64,000 bases of DNA, from assembly GCA_000806155.1 (NCBI GenBank), contig JWKX01000007.1, positions 5,097 through 69,096 of the forward strand. Reading direction: 5' to 3'. The DNA comes from an archaeon GW2011_AR18. Lineage in GTDB: Archaea; Nanobdellota; Nanobdellia; SCGC-AAA011-G17; GW2011-AR18. The notes under the pieces are model-generated. The model saw nothing but the letters and a program-made list of their open reading frames with translations, had not been told where the DNA came from and made no database searches. Below, one piece after another: positions 6,901 through 16,665 of this stretch (positions within the stretch are counted from its first letter, which is position 1; every line of letters begins with the position of its first letter). Position numbers and translations under genes: made by a program.

Positions 6901-9486
6901 ATGTTCTATAAGTTATCTGTAAAAGAGGTTCTTAGTGAGTTGCACTCTTCTATTGATGGTCTCTCTGATTCTGAAGCTAAGAATAGACTATTAAAATTTG
7001 GAAGGAATGAAATTATTAATATTAAAAGATTCTCTATACTGAAATTATTTATCTCCCAGTTCCAGAATTTTATTGTATATATTCTTCTTGGTGCTGTTCT
7101 TTTATCATTGGTTTTTTCTGAATATAATGATGCTGTTGTTATTGGTATTGTTGTAATAATAAACACTTTATTAGGTTTTTTTCAGGAATTTAAGGCTGAG
7201 AAAGCTATCGAATCTTTGAGAAAACTCTCCTCTCCTATGGCTCTTGTCATTCGTAATAATAAACAGATTAAAATTAGTTCTAGTGATATTGTTCCTGGTG
7301 ATATTATCATTATTAGTGAAGGCTCTTTGATCCCTGCTGATGCTAGGATTATTGAATCTGTCTCTATTCTTATGAATGAATCCTCTCTTACTGGTGAGTC
7401 TCTTCCTGTTTCTAAGGATATTCATTCAATCACTAAAGAATGTATCATATCTGACCGTAAGAATATGGTTTTTCTTGGCTCTTCATGTGTTAATGGTCAT
7501 GGCAAGGCTATTGTAGTCTCTACTGGTTTTAACACTGAGTTAGGTAAGATTGCTAAAGATATTCAAAAACCTGGCGAGAAATATACTCCTTTGCAGAAGC
7601 AGATATCTAAATTAGGAGTTTCTATAACACTTGGTGTATTATTTATTATAATAATTATTTTCTTATTGGATATTCTATCTGGTGATTATTTATTGAATGC
7701 TTTTTTCACATCTCTTGCTTTGGCTGTTGCTGCTATTCCTGAGGGTCTGCCTGCTGTTATTACTATCACTCTAGCTCTCTCTACTCAGGTGATGCTTAAA
7801 AAAAATGTTCTTATAAGGAAATTATCCTCTGTTGAGACTCTTGGTTCCACTAATGTTATATGTACAGATAAGACTGGCACTTTGACTAAGAATGAGATGA
7901 CTGTTTCTAAAGTTTTCACTGATAATAAATTATTGGATGTTTCAGGTTCTGGTTACTCTATTTCTGGTAAGATTTTATTTAATAATAAGGATTATAATGT
8001 TAAATATCTTGAAAATTTTTTGACTGTATGTTTTAATTGTAATAATTCCTCTCTTGAATTTGATTCTGATCCTACTGAGAAAGCTTTGATTGTATTATCT
8101 AAGAAAGCAGGTTTTGATAAGTCTTATTCTAGGATTAATGAAATTCCTTTTAGTTCAGAATCTAAGTTCATGCTTACTGTTAATGATATAAACAATCATG
8201 ATATCTCTTTGATAAAAGGTGCTCCTGAAGTTGTTTTATCTAAATGTAAGTTCATTGAAGTTGATAATAAAATTAAGAGTCTATCTTCTAATGATCTTAA
8301 AAATTTAATGAAAGTCTATGATTCCATGGCTTCTGATGCTCTTCGTGTCTTGGCTTTAGCTTATTCTAAGAGCTCTAAAGATTTTATTTTTGTTGGTTTT
8401 GCTGGAATGATTGATCCCCCTCGTGATGAAGTTAAAGATTCTATTCTTGAGTGTAATACTGCTGGTATTCGTGTTGTCATGATTACTGGTGATTATGAAC
8501 TTACTGCTAAGGCTATAGGTTCTATGGTTGGGATTAAAGGTAATATTATTAATGGCAAAACTCTTGAGTCTATGACTATTAATGATTTAGAAAAAGTTGT
8601 TGATAAAGTCTCTATTTATGCTCGTGTCAATCCTGAACATAAAGTTAAGATTTTGCAGGCTTTAAAGAATAAAGGTTATATTGTTGCAATGACTGGTGAT
8701 GGTGTTAATGATGCTCTTGCTCTTAAGAGGGCTGATATTGGCATCTCTGTAGGTTCTGGCACTGATGTTGCTAAGCAGGCTTCTGATATGGTTTTATTGG
8801 ATGATAATTTTACTTCTATTGTTGCAGCTGTCAAGGAAGGTCGTGGTATTTATTCTAATCTTAAAAAGTTTATAAAGTTTTTATTCTCTACAAATCTTGC
8901 TGAAGTATTAATAATATTAGTATCTATTCTCTTAGGTATTCCTTTGCCTTTGATTGCTATTCAGATTCTTGTTGTTAATCTTTTGACAGATTCTCTTCCT
9001 GCTCTTGCTCTTGGTGTTGATCCTGTTAACCACTCAGTTATGAAATCACCTCCTAGGAAATTGGATGAGAAGATTATTTCTAAAAGAGATATTCCTAGTT
9101 TGTTATTTGAAAGTTTTATTATTGCATTTAGTGTTCTTGCTATGTTCTTTATTTATTATAAATCTAATTCATTAATCTATGCTCAGACTATTGCTTTCTC
9201 TGTTCTAGTATTTGCTGAATTGTTTAATTCATTGAATTATAGGATAGGCGATTCCTCTGTATTTAGTCTTGATACATTTAGGAATAAATCTTTATTATTA
9301 GCTATTTTTCTCTCTGTGATAATACAATTATCTATAATATATATGTTTAATTCATTATTCAGTACAGTTCCACTATTGTTATCAGATATACTATTGGTTG
9401 TTCTAGTATCTAGTATTGTATTGTTTATTAAAGAGCCTTTAAAGTTATTTTATAGAATTTATTTTAGATCAGATAAAACTTTTTAA
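6901..9486 (+). CDS. P-type ATPase, type II (Ca2+/cation transporting)
   Basis: LTGES, PEGL, DKTGTLT, KGAPE, TGD and GDGVND; start moved to MFYK at 6901. Confidence 0.95.
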   Translation: MFYKLSVKEVLSELHSSIDGLSDSEAKNRLLKFGRNEIINIKRFSILKLFISQFQNFIVYILLGAVLLSLVFSEYNDAVVIGIVVIINTLLGFFQEFKAEKAIESLRKLSSPMALVIRNNKQIKISSSDIVPGDIIIISEGSLIPADARIIESVSILMNESSLTGESLPVSKDIHSITKECIISDRKNMVFLGSSCVNGHGKAIVVSTGFNTELGKIAKDIQKPGEKYTPLQKQISKLGVSITLGVLFIIIIIFLLDILSGDYLLNAFFTSLALAVAAIPEGLPAVITITLALSTQVMLKKNVLIRKLSSVETLGSTNVICTDKTGTLTKNEMTVSKVFTDNKLLDVSGSGYSISGKILFNNKDYNVKYLENFLTVCFNCNNSSLEFDSDPTEKALIVLSKKAGFDKSYSRINEIPFSSESKFMLTVNDINNHDISLIKGAPEVVLSKCKFIEVDNKIKSLSSNDLKNLMKVYDSMASDALRVLALAYSKSSKDFIFVGFAGMIDPPRDEVKDSILECNTAGIRVVMITGDYELTAKAIGSMVGIKGNIINGKTLESMTINDLEKVVDKVSIYARVNPEHKVKILQALKNKGYIVAMTGDGVNDALALKRADIGISVGSGTDVAKQASDMVLLDDNFTSIVAAVKEGRGIYSNLKKFIKFLFSTNLAEVLIILVSILLGIPLPLIAIQILVVNLLTDSLPALALGVDPVNHSVMKSPPRKLDEKIISKRDIPSLLFESFIIAFSVLAMFFIYYKSNSLIYAQTIAFSVLVFAELFNSLNYRIGDSSVFSLDTFRNKSLLLAIFLSVIIQLSIIYMFNSLFSTVPLLLSDILLVVLVSSIVLFIKEPLKLFYRIYFRSDKTF

Positions 9487-9508
9487 ACTAGTATAAAGAA
9501 GTATTTTT

Positions 9509-10285
9509 ATGGATTTTCAACCTATTGTTCTTCATGGTTTTGATGGCAGGGAAGAAGAGTTAGGCAGGATAAAAAGATATATCCATGAAAAAACTCCTGT
9601 AATGTATTATAGGACAACAGATATTATTCATTCTAGGAGAGTTCTCTGGCATCTTGAAGAAGCTCTTTCAGACATTGTATTAATTTATGAAAAAAAATTT
9701 GATGTTGACTTTGCAAGAACTTTGGCTTTGGTTCATGATGATGTTGAGATTATAACAGGAGATGTTCAACTTCGTGATAAAGAAAAAATGACTAAAAAAG
9801 AACTTGAGTCATTAGCAAAGAGAGAGCGTGAAGCTATTCCTAAAATTGTCGAGATGTATTCTGCAATAGCTAATGGTTATGATTATGAGGTTTTGCTTTA
9901 TGCAGCTAAGGATAAGACTAGACTGGAAGCGCAGTTTGTCTCATTTTTCGATAAGTTTGATGGTGCTGGTGAAGCTTGGCACGAATTATGGGCTGGTAAT
10001 AATTATTTTTTAACTCCTGCAGGTGGATCTGATGGAGATAAGGGATATATTAGAAGATTGGGTGAATTTGTAGTGAAATATCCAGATATGGTTAAATTTT
10101 TTCAAACATTTCTAGATTATCTTCCTAAACCTTTTGATTTTAATAATGTAGCTGAACATGGAAAACTTCACACAGCAGAATCATTACAAGAAAATAGTGG
10201 ATATGCTCCTTATGAAAGGTGGAAAAGGACAATAATTAAAAGAGAAGGAATTGATAATCTTATAACACAATTAGAATTTGAATAG
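9509..10285 (+). CDS. HD-domain phosphohydrolase
   Basis: HS...LVHDDVEIITGD...FDKFD pattern. Confidence 0.8.
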   Translation: MDFQPIVLHGFDGREEELGRIKRYIHEKTPVMYYRTTDIIHSRRVLWHLEEALSDIVLIYEKKFDVDFARTLALVHDDVEIITGDVQLRDKEKMTKKELESLAKREREAIPKIVEMYSAIANGYDYEVLLYAAKDKTRLEAQFVSFFDKFDGAGEAWHELWAGNNYFLTPAGGSDGDKGYIRRLGEFVVKYPDMVKFFQTFLDYLPKPFDFNNVAEHGKLHTAESLQENSGYAPYERWKRTIIKREGIDNLITQLEFE

Positions 10286-10287
10286 TT

Positions 10288-12903
10288 TTATTTCTTAATC
10301 TTCGTCTTTAATTTTTTCTCTTCTATCTTTACCTCTTTTAGTACTGCTTTTATCTGTTCATCTTTCCATTTCTTTATCTTTAATGAATTTAATATCCTAT
10401 CATCTTTTATCCCTCTTTTCCTGCTCTCTCTTACAAAGTTTTTTACTGCTAGATAATCTTTTTCATTGTTGAACATTAATATTGCAGGCTTGTTTATTAA
10501 ATATTTATTTAGTAATCCTCCTTTGAAGAATAATCCGAAATATACTATCACTCCTATTAAGATTATTACTAATATTATTACCCAGTATGCTCTTTGTGGT
10601 TTGCAATCTTGTATACAATTATCACTGTTTTCACTGCTTGCATCGCAGATATTATCTCCACATATATTCTCTTTGCTTGTTTTTACATCTTCTAAATTTA
10701 AATCATCTGGTACGTTTATTGTTTTAGTATTTAATGCATTGAATAATAATCCATCATCTAATGTATACTCTATTGTGTTTCCTGTAAATGTTATTATGTT
10801 TGGTGTTGTGAAATTATATTCTTTAGGGGTTATTACATCTTTTATCTTAGAATTATATGGCATTACTTCGTATTTTTGTCCTGTTCCTGTTATTGTCTTT
10901 TTTACATATAAGAAATCTTCTATCCTATCATTATATATTAATTTTATTGATCTTGCCTCTCCATTTATTACTAATCCATCTTGTGATCTTAATATCTGTA
11001 AAGCTATATTACCATTTGCTGCTAATTCTGTTGGTATGTCATTAACACTTGTTGCTTTAGGATCAAATGTTGTTACATCTATGCTTATATCAATTGGTAT
11101 GCTGTTTTTTATTTCTTGTAAATTAATTATTTTTTGCTGTTCTGTTAGATTTGTATTATTCAATGTTTTTATTGCTGTTGCATCTGTGTATGCTTTGTTT
11201 AATATCTCATTTAGCCCTATTTGTTCTGCACTGTCTTTTAATTGTGATGATCCTGATTCTATTTTTGCTCTTAATTTATTTATTCTATTTATTATCTCAT
11301 CTGCTTGACTGCTTATACTGTAATTTCCTTGGTTTGTAGTGATTGTTATTATCTCTCTTCCGCTTAATCCTTCTTCATCTGTTACTGTTAATAAAACATT
11401 ATAGCTGCTTGAATTAGTATATACATGGCTTGCCTTTTCCCCTTCTGCTTTTGATCCGTCTCCGAATTCCCAGGAATATTCTGTTATCTCGGTTCTTATC
11501 TTTGTTGAAGAACTTGCATCGAATAATACTGTATCTCCTGTCTTAGGGTTCATTGGTCCGTATCTTATGAATGCTTTTGGCACATCTACTACTTTGAAAT
11601 TTATTCTTCTGCTCTTTAATATTCCACTTCCTGTATCTATCTCTGCATAGATCTCATTTGTATTGCTCTTTGTGTTTGGTGATATTAAATTTTTTATCTC
11701 TGCTAACTGTTTCTGTATTGTTGATATATTGTTTATTCTCTCTCCAAGATAATTTAATGTTGAAAAACTGTTTAGTTCTCTTGCTATGCCATCATATTCA
11801 TATTGTATTGCAGGATTGCTTAGTATTACCCTTCCAGCTGTTTTTGAACTCACGCTTATAGGAACTAAAAGGCAGGTTTCGCATTGGCTGTTTTGTAAGT
11901 AATTATTTATTACATCCTTATCTATTGTTACTCTTATACTATTATCTAATACATTATTATATCTTGCATAATCTGCATATATGAAATAATCTTCTGATAA
12001 ATCCTGTCCGTTTGCATATCCTGAAATAATCTTATCATCTAGATCAGTAGCCAACTTGAAATAATTTTTTGTATATTCCTCTCCTGTTGTATATGCACAT
12101 ATTGAATAGATGCCATCTTCTGCTATCGCTTTTTCTATCTCACAGCTGGCTTCTTGTTGTGCTCCTGTGAAAGTTTTTATCTCGCAGCATTTTTCTGTAC
12201 TGCAGTCTGGCTTATAATTTAATACATCTTTTGTTATTGATAGGTTTAATGTTGCATCATTTACTAATCTTTGCACATTTGCTTTTAACTTATATTTTTT
12301 TGATGAATTTAATATTACATTCTCGCAGAATACATCTGATCCTCTTATGAATACTGACCCATCTGGTGTGTTATCTGATAGGTAGCTTCTGTTAGTTGGT
12401 TCATATCCTAATAATGTATTTCCTTGGTATTTGTAATCTTTTATATTATCATTTCCTATATCTATGCTTACATCACTTGGTTTGTTTCCGTTTAACTGTT
12501 CTCCTTTGATATCAAACTGTATGCTACTTATAGAAACTTTTCCTGCTGTTCTATCTCTTCCTGAGAAATCAAATCCAAGAATTACTTTTTTTTCCTGTTT
12601 AGAGAAATCAACATTGACAGTATTTAGGTTTTCTCCAGTTTTCTTATATTCAGCTTGTAATAGTTCATAATCATCATCTAATAATTCTAGTATTGGTGTT
12701 TCATAACTTATTGAATTTACATGGAATATTAACTTTGAATCTTTTAATACTGGTTCAGTGAAATTGAATCTTACAATTCCATCAAAAGCCTGATTAAATC
12801 CTACTTTGTCTTTTGTTAAATTTATATCAAGAAAGCTTGCAGAAGCAATATTTGCTAATAATAGCACTAATACTAATAATACACACCCCTTTACTACTTT
12901 CAT
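10288..12903 (-). CDS. Large surface protein with a PKD domain and C-terminal TM anchor
   Basis: Signal peptide, FDASSS...YSWEFGDG...HVY...LTVTD (PKD), CGDNIC...C...DC motif, TM helix. Confidence 0.85.
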   Translation of the reverse strand: MKVVKGCVLLVLVLLLANIASASFLDINLTKDKVGFNQAFDGIVRFNFTEPVLKDSKLIFHVNSISYETPILELLDDDYELLQAEYKKTGENLNTVNVDFSKQEKKVILGFDFSGRDRTAGKVSISSIQFDIKGEQLNGNKPSDVSIDIGNDNIKDYKYQGNTLLGYEPTNRSYLSDNTPDGSVFIRGSDVFCENVILNSSKKYKLKANVQRLVNDATLNLSITKDVLNYKPDCSTEKCCEIKTFTGAQQEASCEIEKAIAEDGIYSICAYTTGEEYTKNYFKLATDLDDKIISGYANGQDLSEDYFIYADYARYNNVLDNSIRVTIDKDVINNYLQNSQCETCLLVPISVSSKTAGRVILSNPAIQYEYDGIARELNSFSTLNYLGERINNISTIQKQLAEIKNLISPNTKSNTNEIYAEIDTGSGILKSRRINFKVVDVPKAFIRYGPMNPKTGDTVLFDASSSTKIRTEITEYSWEFGDGSKAEGEKASHVYTNSSSYNVLLTVTDEEGLSGREIITITTNQGNYSISSQADEIINRINKLRAKIESGSSQLKDSAEQIGLNEILNKAYTDATAIKTLNNTNLTEQQKIINLQEIKNSIPIDISIDVTTFDPKATSVNDIPTELAANGNIALQILRSQDGLVINGEARSIKLIYNDRIEDFLYVKKTITGTGQKYEVMPYNSKIKDVITPKEYNFTTPNIITFTGNTIEYTLDDGLLFNALNTKTINVPDDLNLEDVKTSKENICGDNICDASSENSDNCIQDCKPQRAYWVIILVIILIGVIVYFGLFFKGGLLNKYLINKPAILMFNNEKDYLAVKNFVRESRKRGIKDDRILNSLKIKKWKDEQIKAVLKEVKIEEKKLKTKIKK

Positions 12904-12916
12904 TATATATAATTGT

Positions 12917-13432
12917 CTAGAACTCCTTTAAAAGTTTTCCCCTTTCCTGCTCTATCACCTTTATCTTCGCATCTTTAAAATCCTCTTTTATCCCATGTAT
13001 ATTATATAAGAATATCCCTAATGCACTTACCTCTGATATTGGCTGGCTTGTCACACTTATATTATAATCAGCTAATTGGTAATATTCTGGTTCTACTTTC
13101 TCTCCCCCGACTATTATTAATTGTTTTTTCTCATTTTTTAATTTTTTAATATATTTTTCAAAACTTATTCCATACATTGTAAGATGGCTTATTATATATC
13201 CTTGTTTTTTCTTTTCTTTTATTAAAGATATTTCATTCTTCACATGCTCTATAATGAATGGTCCTCCAAATTTTTCTGTTATCTTATTAATGCTATTCTC
13301 CATCTCAGAGTCTTTATCTCCAGAATAATACATTGCACTAGCTCCTAAACTTCTAGATGTCAATCCTACATGTGTTGTTATTCTCTTATCTCTTGCTATT
13401 CTATGGTTTAATCTTAATATCTCTATTATCAT
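12917..13432 (-). CDS. trm56: tRNA (cytidine56-2'-O)-methyltransferase aTrm56
   Basis: LRLNHRIARDKRITTHVGLT, HLTMYG, VGGEKV and QPISEVSAL. Confidence 0.92.
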   Translation of the reverse strand: MIIEILRLNHRIARDKRITTHVGLTSRSLGASAMYYSGDKDSEMENSINKITEKFGGPFIIEHVKNEISLIKEKKKQGYIISHLTMYGISFEKYIKKLKNEKKQLIIVGGEKVEPEYYQLADYNISVTSQPISEVSALGIFLYNIHGIKEDFKDAKIKVIEQERGKLLKEF

Positions 13433-13486
13433 TTGATGTTTTAGCCAGTTGATAACTTTATAACTTTTTCTTTATTCATTTTTCTT

Positions 13487-14398
13487 ATGGCAAAGTCTAA
13501 AGTAAAGACAGAAAATTATGGTGTTGATCCTGATAGGGATTATACTTTTGATGAAATTAAGAGGATTAGCGCATTCAATAACTTTAATCTTTTTGCTAAT
13601 TTTTTTTCTCAAAATAACGGAGTTTTTCTTTATATGGATGGTAAAGTTAAAGGTAAAGAGATATTGGATTTTTTTCATATTATGGAAAGAAGGGTGATAC
13701 AGAAGAATATTGCAGAATCTTTAGGAATGTCCCCAAGCAGTTTTAGTTCTAATTTTGGAGATGTTTTTATGAGATATGTAGATGTTCATAATATTGGAAA
13801 TTTTAGGGTTTTTATAATGAAAGATGGTGTAAAATATGATGATATGATTTCTAGTTTATCAGAGATATGCCATCCTTATTTAGCTGCAAAACAAGCTCCT
13901 AGAAAAAATTTATATCAAAGTAGACTTTGTACTCTATTATTAGAGAGTTTTAGAAGAAAAGTATCAAGACAACATATAGAACTAGGTGAGATTTCAGAAA
14001 TAGTTGAATCTTTATCAAATTTATTATCAGATGAAGAATTGGTTGAATTAAGAAATAAAGCAGGGAAATCTTCTCATTATGATCCAGAATTAGAAGAAAA
14101 CTTGGAAGAAGTTGTTGAAGCTGAAACTTTGTATAATAATGAAAAAAAAGATATAAGTGTTACAATAAAAGTTCATGGTGAGACTATTGAATATGCTCTT
14201 GATAATACTTTTGTTGAGGCATATAAATCTGGATCTATGCAGGAGTTTATGGATACTGACCTGCCGCTTTTGACAGATCGTCTTTCAAAACATTTAAATT
14301 CTAGGCGTATAGGAGAACATATGAACTTCTATATTGATGGTTTTGGTGATGTAACTATTAATTCTGGGGTTATATCTATTGAAACTGAAGATGAGTGA
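13487..14398 (+). CDS. Hypothetical protein (303 aa)
   Basis: Long ORF; no recognised family. Confidence 0.7.
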   Translation: MAKSKVKTENYGVDPDRDYTFDEIKRISAFNNFNLFANFFSQNNGVFLYMDGKVKGKEILDFFHIMERRVIQKNIAESLGMSPSSFSSNFGDVFMRYVDVHNIGNFRVFIMKDGVKYDDMISSLSEICHPYLAAKQAPRKNLYQSRLCTLLLESFRRKVSRQHIELGEISEIVESLSNLLSDEELVELRNKAGKSSHYDPELEENLEEVVEAETLYNNEKKDISVTIKVHGETIEYALDNTFVEAYKSGSMQEFMDTDLPLLTDRLSKHLNSRRIGEHMNFYIDGFGDVTINSGVISIETEDE

Positions 14399-14906
14399 TA
14401 TTTTTTCTTATTTTCTTATTTACGTTTTCTGGTGTACCTTTTGCATCTATTTTTATCATCCTGTCTTTATAATATTTTAATAATGGTCTTGTCTCTTTAT
14501 CATATACTCTGAATCTATGTAATATTATTTTTTCATTATCATCTATTCTTTTTTCTATTGATTCTCTTTTCAATAATCTTTTTTTTAATATTGTTGATGG
14601 AGCATCCAATACTAATACAATATCTGGTTTGTTTATCTTTTCTAATAATTTTGCCTGGCTTATTTTTCTCGGATATCCATCTATTATGAAATTATCTTTT
14701 GGTATATGTTTTCTCATTATTGGTTCTATTATTTTCTCAGGAAGTAGATCTCCGCGCTCTATTATTTTTCTTATAGAATTATTCTTTCTTGTCTCTTTTC
14801 TTATTATCTCACTTGCAACTATGTGCTTTAATCTGAGTTCTTTTGCTAATATCCCTGCCTGTGTTCCCTTTCCAGAACCAGGGGCTCCTATTATTACTAT
14901 TTTCAA
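14376..14906 (-). CDS. adk: Adenylate kinase, bacterial type with short lid
   Basis: GAPGSGKGTQ, IDGYPR and RIDDNE. Confidence 0.9.
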   Translation of the reverse strand: MKIVIIGAPGSGKGTQAGILAKELRLKHIVASEIIRKETRKNNSIRKIIERGDLLPEKIIEPIMRKHIPKDNFIIDGYPRKISQAKLLEKINKPDIVLVLDAPSTILKKRLLKRESIEKRIDDNEKIILHRFRVYDKETRPLLKYYKDRMIKIDAKGTPENVNKKIRKNITHLQFQ

Positions 14907-15379
14907 CCGAAATATCTCTCCTCTTTTTCTTCTATATTAGTTTTCCAAGATTCTTGCATTGTCTCTGCAACTTCTTTCAGTTCATTTTTGAACTCTTCCC
15001 ATCTAAGTAATAAATCTCTGATGTATTCTATGTCTTTTTCCTCTGCTGTCTCTATATCTAATAATAATGACCTTCTCTCGAATATCATCAGTTGTTTATG
15101 GACTTTTACTAATTCTAATTTTCTTTCTTCACTAAATACTGAATTTTCATATGCTATTATCTGGCTATGTGAATTAGGATAGATTACATTCTCTATTATT
15201 CTTGCAAAAAATAATAATTTGTCATTCATCCTTCTTCTTATTGCTCTTGTCAGGAATTCTTTTTTCTCTATGAAATCTATCTCGAAATCGTCATTTATTT
15301 TTTCAAATTCAGGTAATTTGTATTTCTTGCTTATTTTTTCATATTCTGTTTTTATATCAAAATTTTCTTCTTTCGCCAT
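14903..15379 (-). CDS. Hypothetical protein
   Basis: ORF coupled to adk. Confidence 0.75.
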   Translation of the reverse strand: MAKEENFDIKTEYEKISKKYKLPEFEKINDDFEIDFIEKKEFLTRAIRRRMNDKLLFFARIIENVIYPNSHSQIIAYENSVFSEERKLELVKVHKQLMIFERRSLLLDIETAEEKDIEYIRDLLLRWEEFKNELKEVAETMQESWKTNIEEKEERYFG

Positions 15380-15421
15380 TTTAATGATTCATAGATTAAG
15401 TTTTATAAGCTTTATTATAGT

Positions 15422-15490
15422 TGCTTGAGCCTCAGCCGTTCTATAATCTGCTATTAAGCACAGGTTCTGTTGATATCATTGACCCAAGCA
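15422..15490 (-). ncRNA. Candidate box C/D-like small RNA
   Basis: 10-bp terminal stem TGCTTGGGTC/GGCTCAAGCA enclosing ATGATA (C-like) and CTGA (D box), with an internal TGCT/AGCA hairpin. Confidence 0.45.
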
Positions 15491-15549
15491 TTTACGTGTG
15501 CATATTTATGTAGAAGAAAATGTTTATTAGGCTTTCTTTAATGAAAATT

Positions 15550-15635
15550 AGCCCTCGCCGAGATTTGAACCCGGAACCTTTGCCTCTTTAGTTATATAAT
15601 ACCAAGGCAATGCACCGCCGTTATGCTACGAGGGC
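15550..15635 (-). tRNA. tRNA-Thr(GGT) with a 14-nt canonical intron (15586-15599)
   Basis: GCCCTCG/CGAGGGC acceptor; TTGCC-TTGGTAA-GGCAA after splicing; BHB helix TTGG/CTAA. Confidence 0.92.
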
Positions 15636-15685
15636 TTCTAAAATTGGGCTTTCGTTAAGGTTTTTAAGTATTATGTTGTTTTTTA

Positions 15686-16567
15686 CTAATATTTTTCTCT
15701 AGGCTCGATAAAATCATCTTTACAATCGATTAATCTCCATCTTAATAATTCTGTATGTGACATTCCTTGTTTTTTTGCATATAATGAACTATGTCCATTC
15801 CATATTGCTTCTTCTAATACTATTCTTGATTCTGAAAAATCTTTGTAAAAATCTTCTAAATGTTCTAATCCTTTTCTTGATAATAATTTCCATGCTTTCT
15901 GTTTTATTGCCTCTGCTGTTAGCATTAAGTCAGTATATCCATAAATAAACATTCCTCCATTGGCTGGTATTCTTCTGAATGTTTTCTCATCTAAATAATA
16001 TAAATCCCCTCTTTTTACCCATCTGAAATCTATGCTATTTTTTGCTCCACTAATCGTGAAGCTTCCAGAATCCTGACTAAAATCATACATATAATCTGGT
16101 GAAAATTGTCGATATTCTTTTACTAATCCATCTAAATCTAAAAAATATCTTACATCTTCATAGTGTTCTTCTGTTAATTGTTTTAATTCACTAAACATCA
16201 GAAAATCTCTTCCCTCATTTACTACATGTACTTGATTTTCCCATTTTCCATTTTCTTTTCTTGCATAAGTGTGATATCCTGGGTTTCTATTATTTCTTGC
16301 ATAATATTCATCTCCATAAAATAAATATTCTTCTCTATAATTTAATCCAAGTATATGTGCTAATCCATGTAATCCTGTATGAAAGTCTCTATCAACATAT
16401 AATCCATCCGGTGTTTGTAAATCCCAAGGATATTTCTCTTCATCCTCTCTTACTTTGCCTTCATGATAGTCTGTCTTATTTAATAATCTTACAAATTCTT
16501 CTCTTGTTATTCCTGGATTTTCTAGTAATATTGCTGAAGGTATTAGTTCATGATACGGGTATCCCAT
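15686..16567 (-). CDS. Hypothetical protein (293 aa)
   Basis: Long ORF; no recognised family. Confidence 0.7.
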   Translation of the reverse strand: MGYPYHELIPSAILLENPGITREEFVRLLNKTDYHEGKVREDEEKYPWDLQTPDGLYVDRDFHTGLHGLAHILGLNYREEYLFYGDEYYARNNRNPGYHTYARKENGKWENQVHVVNEGRDFLMFSELKQLTEEHYEDVRYFLDLDGLVKEYRQFSPDYMYDFSQDSGSFTISGAKNSIDFRWVKRGDLYYLDEKTFRRIPANGGMFIYGYTDLMLTAEAIKQKAWKLLSRKGLEHLEDFYKDFSESRIVLEEAIWNGHSSLYAKKQGMSHTELLRWRLIDCKDDFIEPREKY

Positions 16568-16665
16568 ATCTTTATAAAAAATAATTAATTTAAAAGGTAT
16601 ATTGTAATTTAGTATATATTACTCCTTTCAGTTAACTTTTTAATTCTCATTAATATCTATAATCT

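Noticed and set aside
10466-11308. Long antisense ORFs (also 2750-3640, 55496-56438, 57384-58073 and many short ones)
   Set aside because: They are shadow frames opposite well-supported genes, favoured by the T-rich plus strand, and carry no protein motifs.
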